A stretch of DNA of 16,101 bases, from positions 1-16,101 of the forward strand of contig JBBQSO010000107.1 of the NCBI GenBank assembly GCA_038213805.1, written 5' to 3'. This document shows, piece by piece, positions 16,079 to 16,101 of this stretch. This stretch comes from Planctomycetota bacterium. Lineage in GTDB: Bacteria > Planctomycetota > UBA11346. A model generated the notes under the pieces. That model saw nothing but the letters and a program-made list of their open reading frames with translations. It did no database searches and had not been told where the DNA came from. How positions within the stretch are numbered: the stretch's first letter is position 1; every line of letters starts with the position of its first letter. The position numbers were made by a program, and so were the translations under genes.

Positions 16079-16101
16079 TAGTGCAGAAAAAAGATTCTGA
16101 G

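Overview
A very GC-rich bacterial window; the protein families suggest Planctomycetota/PVC (inference). Seven complete genes sit around an AT-richer divergent intergenic region (10585-10861). The leftward, translationally coupled operon encodes a GntR/LacI-type regulator, an 803-aa secreted putative beta-propeller, a secreted FGE-sulfatase (SUMF1)-fold protein, a secreted ConA/DUF1080-like protein and a 1711-aa secreted multidomain protein. Rightward lie a 1283-aa secreted paralog of that giant protein and a second, paralogous GntR/LacI-type regulator. The two giants share a FlgD-Ig + NHL/beta-propeller + DxNxDG + GxHxSH + CBM9-like scaffold but carry different glycan-binding modules. The 1711-aa copy has an F5/8-type C (CBM32-like) domain and an apparently circularly permuted PA14 domain inserted into the scaffold. 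The locus looks like an uncharacterised, sugar-regulated extracellular glycan-interacting system with no glycoside hydrolase that I can recognise. The left edge holds a zinc-ribbon gene fragment running into low-complexity and heptamer-repeat DNA; the right edge holds REP-like hairpins. All domain calls are by-eye motif recognition, not database searches.
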